This document shows positions 47,225-59,700 of a DNA stretch of 64,000 nucleotides, one piece after another. Numbering within the stretch: position 1 is the stretch's first letter; each line of letters begins with the position of its first letter. Under the pieces are notes generated by a model. It was given only the letters and a program-made list of their open reading frames with translations, made no database searches and was not told the origin of the DNA. The DNA is from Blepharisma stoltei ATCC 30299 (lineage: Eukaryota > Protista > Ciliophora), in the NCBI GenBank assembly GCA_965603825.1, contig CBFDEM010000036.1, positions 558,001 to 622,000 on the forward strand, given 5' to 3'. The position numbers and the translations under genes were made by a program.

Positions 47225-49042
47225 ATGTCAAAATTAAGAGTCATAGTGCTAGGAGACGAGCAAGTGGGAAAAACCTCTATTATCCGCACTTTTGTATCCC
47301 AAAGCTTCCCTACTGAAGTCCCTCCTGCAAACCCACCTATAATAATCCCAGCTGAGCTTTCAGACTCCAAATCTTTCTTAACTATTATAGACTTTTATTA
47401 CCGTAGAGAACAAGAAAACAGTCATCAGCTGATACAAGAAATAAAGAAAGCTGATGGCATTGTGCTGGTTTATGATGTGTCCAGACCGCAAACTTTCCAA
47501 CATGCCGTTAGTTTTTGGCTGCCTTTAATATATGAAAACTCAAAGAGCCCCAGCATCCTTGTAGGAAATAAAAATGATATGACAAGTCTGATAGAAAACA
47601 AAGAAGCAATATCAGAAGAAATCAGGGCAAGGTTTCCTGAGTGCTATATTCAGATAGAGACTTCAGCGAAGTCTTATGTAAGTATATCAAAGCTATTTCA
47701 AATCACCCAGCAGGCCATTTTGTATCCTGCTTCTCCTTTGTTCAATACTGCACAAAACTGTTTAAGTGAAAACTTCATCAGAATTTTAAAGCTGATTTAT
47801 AGAAAGTCTGATAAAGACAGAGATTTTAGACTCAATTTATTAGAAATCCAAGGATTAAATAAAGCAGTTTACGGGCAAAATTTATCGCTTAAGGATGCAG
47901 GAGATTTATTTTCAATGATTTCTAATAAATGCTCTGACGGAATTGATGACAAAGGTATAAAATTTGAAGGCTTCGTAAAACTGCAAGAGCTTCTGATTAA
48001 AAAGCTAAAAACAAAAAATTCATGGGCTTTGTTAAAGCATTTCGGGTTTAATGAAAATTTAGATCTGGAGCAGAAAATTGATTTGAAAATTGAAGAAGGA
48101 AAATCCTGCGAGTTCTCCAACGATTCCATTCAATTTTTAGTAGACATTTTCAAACAATATTCAGTAGATTCTTTATTAACAAGAGAAGGAATTTTTGAAA
48201 TTTTTTCAACAATAACAACTCCGCCCTGGGAAACTGGAAATTTTAAATCTTGGGATGATTATATTCATTTTGTGTCTGCAACTCCTGACAGAGAATTATC
48301 AATTTCTAGCTGGCTTTCGCTATGGACTTTTTTGATTTATACAAAACCTGCAGAAACAGTTAAAACTTTACTGATGATAGGCTATCCAAATAAGTTCCAA
48401 ACTGCCTATACAGTCACTTCTGCAAGAAATTTCAGCAAAGAGTCTGATAGAAAAGTTTTCAAGGTCAATTTGCTTGGCGATGATATCGAATCACAGAATT
48501 CTTTAATGAGGAGTTTTCTTGGCAAAAACATACGAGATCACGTCCCAAGCGTTGTTTGTGGAGCAGTTGACCCTGGAGATGTGTTTTCTGATAATACTTA
48601 CTTACTCTTGTGCAGAGACCCTGATTTAAACACCCTTGAAGAGTGCGATATTTCATGTATTATATTTGATGGAAGCCTAGGCTCAATTAATTTCTTGAAA
48701 GAAAGAGTTTTGACCCTTTTACCTCAAAAAATGCCAAGACTGCTAATTTTAAATAAAAGAGAAAACCAAGATCACGAAAATGTCTACGCCTTTTCCCTAG
48801 AGCTTGGGTTAAGAGAGTATGCCCAAGTGAATTTTTCAAAAAAAGTGCCAGATTCGTTGTTTAAACAGATAAAAGATACAGCGCAGTATCCCTATAAAGG
48901 AAGCTTAAGAAGAGATGGAGGAAACAGTGGCTCTGGAGAATCTTCAAGCATAGCATTTTGGTTTTTATTGGGAATGGGATTCGCTACTAGTGCTGTTTTC
49001 ATTGGTAAAAGGCTGATCCAGAATAATATTTTGAAGTTTTAA
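47225..49042 (+). CDS. MIRO: Mitochondrial Rho GTPase Miro/Gem1
   Basis: GDEQVGKTS GTPase, AILYPASPLF, EF-hand DKDRDFRLN, WALLKHFGF, WLSLW, second GTPase-like domain, and a C-terminal TM anchor. Confidence 0.93.
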   Translation: MSKLRVIVLGDEQVGKTSIIRTFVSQSFPTEVPPANPPIIIPAELSDSKSFLTIIDFYYRREQENSHQLIQEIKKADGIVLVYDVSRPQTFQHAVSFWLPLIYENSKSPSILVGNKNDMTSLIENKEAISEEIRARFPECYIQIETSAKSYVSISKLFQITQQAILYPASPLFNTAQNCLSENFIRILKLIYRKSDKDRDFRLNLLEIQGLNKAVYGQNLSLKDAGDLFSMISNKCSDGIDDKGIKFEGFVKLQELLIKKLKTKNSWALLKHFGFNENLDLEQKIDLKIEEGKSCEFSNDSIQFLVDIFKQYSVDSLLTREGIFEIFSTITTPPWETGNFKSWDDYIHFVSATPDRELSISSWLSLWTFLIYTKPAETVKTLLMIGYPNKFQTAYTVTSARNFSKESDRKVFKVNLLGDDIESQNSLMRSFLGKNIRDHVPSVVCGAVDPGDVFSDNTYLLLCRDPDLNTLEECDISCIIFDGSLGSINFLKERVLTLLPQKMPRLLILNKRENQDHENVYAFSLELGLREYAQVNFSKKVPDSLFKQIKDTAQYPYKGSLRRDGGNSGSGESSSIAFWFLLGMGFATSAVFIGKRLIQNNILKF

Positions 49043-49134
49043 TTAGATCTTTGTATGGAAATTTTGGTAAAATAAACTAATTTCACTAAAATATTGCTGA
49101 TGCTGTTTTATTTCGCAATCGTAATACCAATAAA

Positions 49135-49575
49135 ATGGGAGCAATTCAAGCAAAAGAGCTTCACAAAGAAACACACAATCAAGCCAAACCATCTGGATCT
49201 GATCCAGAAATAAGAGAAGAGCGCAGGATCTCTGACTCAATTGACACACTAAATTTATCACACATCCCAAATGACATAATTAATAGCTGGAATTTCAATT
49301 GTTTGAATGACAGCGCATCTCCATCCAAAGACCTAGATGAGTTTATGTATTCCCAAGAGTCACGGAGCAGCCGAAATAGCATATCTCTTGAACACACCAT
49401 AAAAGACTGCCTAAGCAATCTGAACTGTGTTACAGATTTATGTCCAAGATTTTCATATCAAATTGATAAGTTTAACAACAAGTTTGCCCTCGGAGACGAA
49501 GCCATCCGAGGCATTTTTGAGTCAGATCTCGAGGCATGCGAGGTCCCAGACAACTGCAATGAGATGGAATTGTAG
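49135..49575 (+). CDS. Hypothetical acidic protein with possible N-myristoylation (MGAIQA)
   Basis: 146-aa ATG-to-TAG ORF; no family recognised. Confidence 0.65.
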   Translation: MGAIQAKELHKETHNQAKPSGSDPEIREERRISDSIDTLNLSHIPNDIINSWNFNCLNDSASPSKDLDEFMYSQESRSSRNSISLEHTIKDCLSNLNCVTDLCPRFSYQIDKFNNKFALGDEAIRGIFESDLEACEVPDNCNEMEL

Positions 49576-49659
49576 GTTTGGCTGCAAAGCAATTTACAGC
49601 GTGTAACTTAAAATTTAAATAATAAACATTCCATTTGAATTCTTCGGCCAAGTGAAATT

Positions 49660-52600
49660 TTAATAAGGATTAATTATTGATCCATCATTCATGGGAGAAA
49701 ATGGATTCACCTTGGCCCACATCAGTGCTTCGTCTAAGCCTAAAGCGGCCTTTCCAAAAATATAGGAAGGCCCTTGAATGATTTTTCTAGTGAAAATGGA
49801 AACTGGAAGCACAGCGTTTAAGTTGTTAGCTGGGAGGTTGCTACCGATTAGCTTAATTTGGTTTTTGACGAGGCTTGGCTGGCCATCAGTTGCTTTGTCA
49901 AGCTGAGATAAAATATTTCCCATAGGCTCTACATCGCTTGGGTTTAGGGAGGGGAGGAGTGACTGAATATAGTCTTTAGCGCCAGCTGGGTTTTGCTTGG
50001 TTTCTATGATAGCTGATATATAGATGTTAAATGCTGGTGAAAGAGGCATGTCTAGGCCTTGATGTCTGCAGAGATTTGCATAGGTGATGGCCAGGATGTG
50101 CGTTAGGGTGTACCCTTTCCACATGCTTTGCATTGCACCAAGGATTGACCCGACTGCTAGAATTTCTGCTTTGACTTTGATAGGGACTGGATCGAGATTT
50201 ATGAACGCAAAATACTCCATGATCTCGAAAAGCTCAGAAAGATTTTGATTCGCTGAAATATACTCTTTGAACATTCCAACTGTGACTAAGCAAGCTTTTG
50301 AAGCGTTTCTACCTATAATCAGATACTTAATGGCTTCTTTCAGTTTCCCTTCAGATAGTGCTCTGTCTCCTTTCGCACAATAAAATTCAGGCCTTTCAAA
50401 GCCGAACTCTCCTAAAAGATTTTCAGGAAGTCTTGCAGAGAACAGCTCTTTTAGCTCATTTTCTCCTTCAAGTAGTTTCATCAGTAAATCCCAGTCCTGA
50501 TATTTTTCCACCTTTTTGGCTAGCATAAACAAGATTTCTCTCTGAGGGAGTGCATATAATTTTGCAAGAATATATGCATAAGTCAATTCGTGTGACCTTA
50601 GCAGCTTAGTTAAAGCTCCTTCAGAGTCTTGCAAAGAAATATGAGAGGCCGCTGATAAAACTGGCTCACAACTATTAAAGAAATCTTCTGCTAAATTTGC
50701 AGTAATCGTCTGAAGCGTCGTCACATCTTTTTGGCCAACTCCAGTTGGTCGTGGCCCTTCTGAAGGAATGCTTCCGAAAACCCCGGTGCTCTTGCTGCTT
50801 GCAACCAATAAAGCGTCACTGTGGTCTTTTCTTTTCTGGAAGAAATGTATTGCCTTATCTACTTTTCCACAAGCCAAATAAACTGCTGAAGCGTCTTCTT
50901 TTTCATTGACTGACAAGTTTTGTGCATATCTTTGGGCAACATTTTGCCAGTAATCCATGCAGAACCCAGGGGCAAATGCAAGTGCTCTTTCCCATTTCCC
51001 AAGTTTTATCATCAACTCACAGTACTTCTGTAGGTTTCCAAGCTTTAAGTGAATTTTGGCAGCTTCAATTAGACGGTCTTCCTTTTTAGCTAAAGCGCTG
51101 CCAAGATAAGCCATCCCAGAAGCTTGTTCAAGCTCATCAGCGCGGGTTTTTTTAGCTGTGCATAAAGCCTCGATTGGTAAAATCTGGTTATTTGGGTTGC
51201 ATCCTTTGCTGTTAAAAATGTAGTTCAACATATCAAAGAAATCTTCTTCGCCTGACCTGTATCTGAAAAAGGCAACAATTGCTTGATACCTTTCTATTTC
51301 ATTGCACTCGCGAAGCTTTTGGAGTATATCGCGGCTTCCTTTTCCTGAAAGATTAACTGGGGCAGCGGGGTCTAGAGTAGGGGCTCCCATTAATTCTGTC
51401 CAGTCTTGGTTAATAATTGCTTTAAGTTCGAGCTGAGACATGAAATCTTCCAAAGACCAAAATCGAATTGAAGTATCACGAGAAGCAGAAACAAAAAGGA
51501 AAGGCCTTGACGGATGTGAGCAAAGTCCATAAATATCAGCATGGTGCTCATTAGCAGTGTACATGCAAGTGCCAGTCCTTATATCCCAGACCTTCAACAG
51601 ACTATCCCAAGCACCTGTAATCAGCATCCATGGAATTTCAGTGTTCCACACAAGTGCCCTGGTATTGTGAGTGTGACCTTCTAACCTTTTCAATAAAGTT
51701 CCTGATGAAGTGTCCCAAACACCAATTGTCCTATCGTCTGAGCTGCTTGCCAAAATATTATCAAAGGTCGGATTCCAGCAAATATTGAACACTTTAGCTT
51801 GGTGGCCTCTTAGCTCAACACATTGGTCAGGAGCTGATTGACTAAAAGTGTAGACGCGGACACGGGAATCTTGGCATGCAGTTGCAATCATATTTTCATT
51901 GTGAGGATGCCAAGAAACGCCATAAACTGTATGCGGATGGCGGACTGTTTTAAGTGTAGACAGCTGTTGTCCATCAAGCTTTAGAATTATTAAGAAGTTG
52001 TCTGAAGTCCCAACTGCCAGCAAACTCTGGTCTAAAGGATTCCAATCAATCCTGAAGATTGGGGCTTCGATTGTAGGCTTAAAGCGGTGGATAAGAACTG
52101 GCTTAGCGTAGTCAAATAAAAGAACGTCACCTTTAGCTGTGCAGCCAGCTATTAGCGTACCTGGGCCCCATGCTAGCCCATAAACAACACTTTTAGTCTG
52201 CATGACTCCTTTAAATTTACCAAACTCTAAAGCATCGGAATATAAAGTTTCAATATTTTTCATAGTCCTCATGTCCCAGATTTTAATGCTTCCGTCATAT
52301 GATCCAGTTGCTAACAAGTTTTTATCTTGTGGATTGATTCTCACATCAAAAATAGTTTCTGCATGGCCTGACTCAGTCTGGAATTCAAGTTTCTTCCTCA
52401 CAATTGAAAACACCCCAACACTTCCACTTTTGAAGCTGCAGATCAGAGAAGCTCGGTCATGTAAGTAGTTGATTTGCCTCACACCTGAATTCCCAATTTT
52501 AATAGTATCAACTGGAGCCTTTTTCGAGACATTCCAAAGCTTTAAGGCTGCAATTTTATCAGTTGCTGTGAAAAATTCTCCAGGAGCTGCTTTGTTCCAA

Positions 52601-53295
52601 GCAATGCTTCTGATGCCTGCTCCTTGCCTGTCAAACGTCTGCAGAATAGACTGCTCTTCTGCATCAAAAAGCACCATGCTTCCGTCTTTAAAAGCGACTA
52701 AGAGGTATTTATCTGACAATGGATCCCATTGCAAGTCTTCTGTAGCAGATGGCTGCTTTGGCATTTCAAGCCTTTTTACATTGTCATGCTTCATTTCGCA
52801 GCTCAAAGCGACTCCTTCAATACAACCAAGCGCAAATTTCCCATTGATGCTAGGGTGAAATCTCAAAATGCTGGGCCTGACTCCAGCATAGTTAGCTTTT
52901 CTAGTCAAAGTGCCAGCTGCTGTATTCATGATTTTGACGTCTCCATTTTCATGTAGAAATAGAATTTCTTCTTTGTTGAATGGATTGAATTCCATCATCA
53001 AGACCAAATTAGTCAGGAGCATACTTACAATAGGTGAGTCCTGGCTGACATTCCAAAGATAAAACGAATTGTCAGTGGATACAGATGCCAATTGAGAAGG
53101 GTCTAAATTATTCCAAGAAATGCATGAAATTGTTTGCTCATGAGCTGATATGATTTTGTGGATGCTAAAAGTATCAAGATCAACTAAATAAATTGCAAGT
53201 GTTGAGCAATAAGCTAAAAACTGTCCTCCTCGAGCGATGATTGCTTTGTTTCAGTATTGACAGCCAGATGGACATAGACGGATCTGTCGCAACAT
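49660..53295 (-). CDS. WDR17: WD repeat-containing protein 17
   Basis: N-terminus MLRQIRLCPSGCQY-(TGA=W)-NK..FLAYCSTLAIY resembles the WDR17 GCQPWN..FAYCATLAIY pattern. Also GHAETIFD, WERALAFAPG, and a C-terminal ALMWAKVNPFSP..G..INPY. Confidence 0.92.
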
Positions 53296-53722
53296 TTTTC
53301 TATGCCTATTTATTATAACCTTTGATCGATATATGAAATAAATAAAACCGCTAGGACTTTAGAACAAGCATATTTTAATTGTTCTTTTCTATGCAAAAGA
53401 TAAAAAGATTCAATCGAGATAAATAAATGTGCTACAAGGATGGCGAAATTATATTGGTAAAATGTAAACTTAAGTATAAAGTTCTCTTGTAGTTAGCTAG
53501 TGATTGGTGCAGTCATTATTTATATTAAGCCTTTATAGAGAATGATATTCATTATAATATTCTTTTATTAAGGCATCAGAAACCAAATTAACTACTTGTT
53601 CAGCGCCGCAAAACTATATATAAAACAAATACCGCTAAAAATCTTTTTGACTTCACCTATTTCTATCTAAATTCCGACATCACTGGCCAAATGATACTTG
53701 AAGAAATTAATAACTTATAAAA

Positions 53723-54748
53723 ATGGACAGCACCTATGCAATCCAGCTCTTATCACCCCTGAGTGAAAGTACAACTGACACGGCCCTCCCCCCTAAAAAA
53801 ATTCGAGTTTTAACTTTAAATTTATTTCTTCGGCCTCCTTTGATTAAAAATAACAAAAGTGACTACAAAGATGAAAGACTGACTTACTTCATAAATGAGA
53901 TTCTGGATAGCTATGACCTCATATGCTTGCAAGAAGTCTTCGGTACTTTAACCAGGAGAAGGAATCGACTGATAAAGAGTGCTGTTCAGGCTGGCTTTTA
54001 CTTTTCCCAGTCCCCTGCTCCCAGTTTTTGGTCTAACCAAATTACTGACGGAGGATTACTAGTTCTCAGCAGGTTCCCTATTATTGAGCAAGACTTCCAA
54101 GGGTTTTATAATGGGATGGGACCAGATTTATTTACCTTTAAGGGTGTTATATACTGTAAAATTTCTATTTCTGGAGAAACTGCTCATGTTTTTTCTACCC
54201 ATACACAAGCATCTTACCACACAGACGATGCAAAACTGTTCCAGTATTATAGAAATATAAGGAGAAACCAATTGAAAGTCATGAAAAGCTTTATAGACGT
54301 GAAGACCCAGGACAGCAAAGACTTAGTCTTGGTTCTAGGTGATATGAACGTCGATGGCCGAGAAAAGCTGAAAGACCCAGTCTTCCCCACAGTTGAGTGC
54401 CAAGATGACTATGAGCAGATGATATCTATCCTCTTTGGCGATTCCTTATGCAACTATAAAGATCTGATCAGAAGCAAATATGGATTTTCCCCTACCACCT
54501 TCGGCAAAGTCCTTCCAAATGGCGAACCTGAAGAAACCGTCCTCTCCCATATAGACGAAGCTTCAAAAGACTTGTCACTTGACTACATTTTCGCAATGAA
54601 CTTAGAATCAAGCGTAATGGTTACATAGGCATTTGACTACAGCGTTAGTGACACTTATGTGGAGCCGTTTTACGTTTCCAATAAACACTTTACCCGGGTC
54701 AGTGATCATTATGGCATCCAAACGTGTCTTTATTTAAAGACCAGTTAG
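53723..54748 (+). CDS. EEP-family enzyme, sphingomyelinase-like, paralog of 3226..4251
   Basis: Same motifs; a 15-nt intron at the homologous position; SDHYGI exon ending at TAG 54746-54748. Confidence 0.92.
54614..54628 (+). other. 15-nt spliceosomal intron
   Basis: gtaatggttacatag; removes an in-frame TAG; same position as 4117-4131 in the paralog. Confidence 0.9.
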
Positions 54749-54801
54749 CAAGCCAAATGGCTCAATAGTATGATATAGATAATCAATTAAAAATAAATAT
54801 C

Positions 54802-56406
54802 ATGGATTCCTCAGAAACTCAAAACCCTTTCATCAGTCGAATAAATGACCTAGCCCACGGGAATATCCAGGTCGCTGACTTATACGCTTATATGAAAGAA
54901 AATGCTATAAACCCTGCAAAACATATAGGAAAAGATGGGTATACTGCGCTACACATTTGTGCACTTAACAGCATGACCTCACTAGTAAAATTCTTGATAA
55001 GATATGTGCAGGAGTTTTTACCAAACCAGGCAGATACCATTATTAAAAGCTGAGTTAACCAGCCCTCGACTGAAGGGTTTACTTGCATTCAATTAGCAGC
55101 ATTTAGAGGAAATATGGTAAAAATTACGTAGAAATTAGCAAAATTACTGCTGAAGTTAGGCGCAAACCCGAAAACAGTGACAAATCAAGGGCTAAATATC
55201 ATGCACATCGCAGCGCAAGGCGACCAAATGAATATGCTGGCGTTGTTTGAAAGCATGGGGATCACTTATAACTTGAAGGACAAAAAAGGGGCTACACCTC
55301 TGCATATAGCTGCTAATCAAGGATGCGAGGTCGCAATGTCAGTTCTGCTGTCTTGGCCTGCAGAAGTGAATGCAGTTGACGATGAAGGGCAAACTCCTCT
55401 TCATTTGGCAACTATTTCTGGAAATGCTCGATGTGTCAGGAATTTACTGCTAAAAGGAGCAAACACCGAAACCAAAGACAAAAGAGGCCAAACTCCGATG
55501 ATGATTGCAAAGGAACTTAATCATGCGACAATCATTTCTTTGCTTAATGAGCCTGGGCTGTGGTCACTTTGCGGAATTAAACCTCCGCAGCGACCGGTTA
55601 AATACAAAAGAGGACTTTTGGCATTGTTTGTGGTACTTTTGGTGGTAGGAATTACTGGAAACATTCTCTTTATTTACAGAAACAACTACTACATTGCGAT
55701 ATCTGCAATAGAATTTGTCTTTCTATTAATTATTTGCAATAAAGACCCTGGATATTTGAAGAACAATAAAGGAAACACTCTGTTGTCTCTCTGTGAGGAA
55801 TATGACAGTGTTCAAATTTGCCCTGAATGTATAATCAAAAGACCTCCAAGATCAAGGCACTGCCAAACCTGTGATACTTGCGTAGAGAAATTCGACCATC
55901 ACTGTCCTTGAATCAATAATTGCATTGGAGCCCGCAATTTAGGCCTTTTTTATTTGTTCCTTATCATGACTCTTTTAGTCCTCATTTCCAATGCCATTTT
56001 TGATGCCTTAGCATTTTTTACATCTGAATACTACTTTATCATAGAGCTTCCATCAATTGTGCAGCAAATCTTATGCATATTTTTCTTTCTGATTTCTTTC
56101 GGCTTTATAGCTCCTGTGCTACTGTTATTTACAGTGCAAACCAGAAATTTCTGGACGAATACAACAACTAATGAGAGATATTCAAGATCAGCGAGAATTG
56201 CGCTGACACTTGATAGATCAGATTCAGATTCAATGGTAGACAGAAAGAGCGTCTTCAAGAATTGGAAAGAAATGTGCTGTAATTCGGATAAGCAAGGCTC
56301 ATATGGAACTGGGTATGAAGTAAACGAGCCAATGGACAATGAAATAAGGTTCACATGGATTGCAAGTGAGCATGAAAAAGCTCTGAGAAAACCTTTATTA
56401 GGATAG
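54802..56406 (+). CDS. Ankyrin-repeat DHHC palmitoyltransferase (Akr1/ZDHHC17-like)
   Basis: Ankyrin repeats (TALH, TPLH), then [23 protein letters not shown]-(TGA=W)-INNCIG and TTNE. Confidence 0.94.
55117..55131 (+). other. 15-nt spliceosomal intron
   Basis: gtaaaaattacgtag; removes an in-frame TAG inside an ankyrin repeat (GNM|KLAKLLL). Confidence 0.88.
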
Positions 56407-56447
56407 GTAATAAGATAAGCCTTTTAGAAAGAGATAATAAATATGGA

Positions 56448-56765
56448 TATGGATTTTCTGTGATGAACGAAACTTGACCTGCTATGTGTAGAGAGTTAAG
56501 ACTGATCTATTATATTTGGTAAATTAAGCGCTTTAATAGCTAGAGAAATTAAAGAAAGGCTGGACCGGGAAGGATTCGCTTTATACTAATTGAATACTGA
56601 ATAAAAATAAATTTGTGGTAATAAGGCAAAGTAGCAAAAGGAGTGCTTCAGCTGATATGAATAGCTCATCCTTTTTGCTTGTAGATAAAGCAGATTTTCT
56701 GCACAGCAACTGCGTCTTTTGTAATTCAGTAAGAGGAAAAAATTCTTATTACAAGAGAAGGATAT
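56448..56765. ncRNA. Candidate structured RNA / snoRNA-like locus (unverified)
   Basis: GTGATGA (56460-56466) and CTGA (56502-56505) with a short flanking stem. Two hairpins follow (gcaaaagga/tcctttttgc and tcttttgtaat/attacaagaga) in an unusually long gap between convergent genes. Confidence 0.25.
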
Positions 56766-56773
56766 ATTATTAG

Positions 56774-59700
56774 TTAAATTTGTGATAATATGTTAACAAT
56801 TGTGCTAGCTTCTTGCATTATTCTCCTCAGCGCACTTGCTGAATAATTATAAATTTCATTCAGCTCTTGATTTTCTTTTTCATTTGAAATTTTTTCGTAT
56901 ACTTCGCTGATGTGCCTATCTTCGCCATTTATCAAGTCATACAGCGAATTTATTTTTTCAATGATTTCTTGGCTATTTATAGGCTTAACAGCTAACAAGC
57001 ATCCTCTCAGCCCTGACAAAAATTTAGCAGAAACTGAGTCTAAGTTCAAAACTCCTGATTCTACAAGGTCCTGTGTGATAGCATGAAATTGGGAGGAAAC
57101 ATAATCCATGGATGATATTTTGGATAATATTTTAGAAGCTTCCAAATAAAAATTAAATTCTCTTTTAGCTTGGTTTTCTGACGAAATTGCATAGTTTTCT
57201 AATTTCGAGCATAGTGTATTAATTCATGAGCAAAATGTCGGATTTTTGGCTGAAAGTTGCTCAATAAGAGAATTCATTTTAGTTGATTTCCCACTTTCTT
57301 CATGTGAAGTCACTTTATTTATTCTTTCTTCCAGGTAGCGCAAAATCAATTCGAATTCTTTGACCCTTTTCTGGAAGCTTATTTTATCGGTCTCTTTCTT
57401 TTTCTTTATTTTTTCTAATTCTTGCTGCAAAACATTGGAATTCTCATATGATAATTTTTGCTCAAGCTGAGATATTTTGTCTTGAAGCTCATAAATTTGC
57501 TTATTGTAGTTATTTGATTGGGAATTATCCAAATTTTCTAAATCTCTTCTTGAGTGATTGCTGAGAGATCGTTGATGAAAATATTGAAGTTTTGGAGGAA
57601 GAAATTCATTAAAAGACCTATTGCTATTAGAACCCTCTTTTTCAGGTTTAGAATAAGTGCCCAATATTTCAATTTCTTTTTTCTGATTGATAATAGTTAC
57701 TGAACAGTTCTGCAGCTCATTTTCTAAGTCTTGAATTTTCAAGTCTTTCATTTTCAACTGCTGAATGATTTCATTCTTATCTTTCAGTTTATATATATAA
57801 GAATTTAATTCTGCAACTTGGTTTTTATAGTAATTCACTTCTTCTTCTAATTGATTTTGAAGCTTGATTTTCTCGCTGTTGTCCTCAGATGCGATTTCTT
57901 TTATTTGTTTTATTTGCTCTTGGAGTCTGAAAACCTCTTTATTTCACAGTTTTTCTCTTTCGCCCATACTCTCCTTCAAAACTCTTAATTTTTCATGCAA
58001 ATTTCCTATATCTTGATTCAGTTCTCCATTTTTTTCTTCTTCTCCTTTCAATCCTCTAATTTTTGTAATTATTTCTCTCTTCAAGTCAGAAGTTTCTATT
58101 GGCATTTTCGTGATTTCTTCAGTTTTATTTAATTTTTCCCCTAAAAGTTCTCTTGTGCCATTTAAGCTTGAAATTGCAGAGCCTTTAAATTTCGAGGAAA
58201 ACACGTGATAGATTTCAAGAATATCATTTCTAGCATCTTCTAGGTCTTTCTTTAGCTGAATCACTTGCACACTTGAATGGCGAATGTAAGAAGGATCAAG
58301 AGAGTGGGCTCGTAAATAATTTTTCAAAGAAGAAAGCTTCATGTGAGCAGAAGACAAAGCAGACGAAAAGGTTTTCTCAGAGGTTGGGATTATTTCATCA
58401 ATTATTATAGCGTGAAGGAGCTTTATTTCTTCTTGCAAAAAATCAAGATGTGACTGAAGGTTAATTTGGATTTCTCTTTCGTTTGATATTTTGTCAATAG
58501 AAAGTTTTTCTTTAGCAGCAATTGTTCTTTGATAATCTTTGATAATATCCATTAAAACTGATACAGTTTCTTCTGATTCAGAGAGCTTTTGTTTAAATTC
58601 TTCGCATCTCATCGCCCAGCTTTCAATTTCTGCTCTTATGCTATCTCCTTTATCGCTTGCAACCACTACTGAGCTTTTTATGTTTTCTGCTTCTTTGTTC
58701 ACAAAACTTAACAAAACCTCTTTTAACTTCTTTTCTCGATAGAAAGCCCTATCTAATTCTTCTATTAGATTCATTTCACTTATCTTGACTTTTTCTTCTG
58801 TTTTGTTTTCTTCTTTAGTATGACTTTCCAAAACGCTGTTGTTAATTTCAATATTTTCCATAGATGCAGCTCTGGTATGCCTGATTTTGCTTGGTCTTTT
58901 ATAAATTATTTGAGTCTTTAAGTCTTCTTCAATTTTGTCTTCTTCTGCTTCTTCCTTAGGCAATAAATGTGCCAAAACATTTTTTGCATGATGCTTTAAA
59001 GCCAGAAGTTCAGAATCTCTTGTTTGATTGTCATCCTTTAAATTTTTAATAATCTGTTCTTTTTCCTTAATTGTGTTTTCTAGCTCTTGTATTATTTGGC
59101 AATTCTCATTAAAAATTTCAGCTCGTTTTTGACTGAATTTCTCGATTTCTTTAAGTTTGATTTCAAGCTCTTCAAGAGCTAATTCCAATCCTGCTTTTTC
59201 TTCTTTTAATTGCGATATTTTTCGTTTCAATTTTTGCTGCTCATTCCAATGGACTTCTTTTAAGCTCTCTATATTATTTTGTAACGTAATATCTTGCATT
59301 TTTGACTCTGCTGCTTTTAGCTCTTCTATATGGTTAGCTAATTGAACGTTTTCTTCTTCAAGTTCTTGTACAGAATTTTGCAATTTTTCTACTTTTGACT
59401 CTGCATTTTGAAGCTCTTCAATCATTCTATCCAATTCATCCTTCAGCTTGATAATCATTTTCTGTGCTTTTTCCAAGTGGCTTGTTTTTATTCTTAATTC
59501 TTCTAAATTTGCTGATAAATTAGCTTCTAACATTTTAGTCTTTTCTTCCTCATCTCTTGTTTGACGCAGCAAGTCAGAAAAGCTTCCTTCTTGCTGCTCT
59601 ATAAGATCTCTTAAGTTATCGACATCTTTTTGCAAAGAATTTTTAGAGATTTCAGTCTCTTTCAGTTTTTCAGATAAGTTTTGTATTATTGCATCTTTTT

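Noticed and set aside
56630-56690. SECIS element
   Set aside because: The hairpin lacks the paired AUGA/GA quartet with apical AA, and the neighbouring TGAs are explained as Trp.
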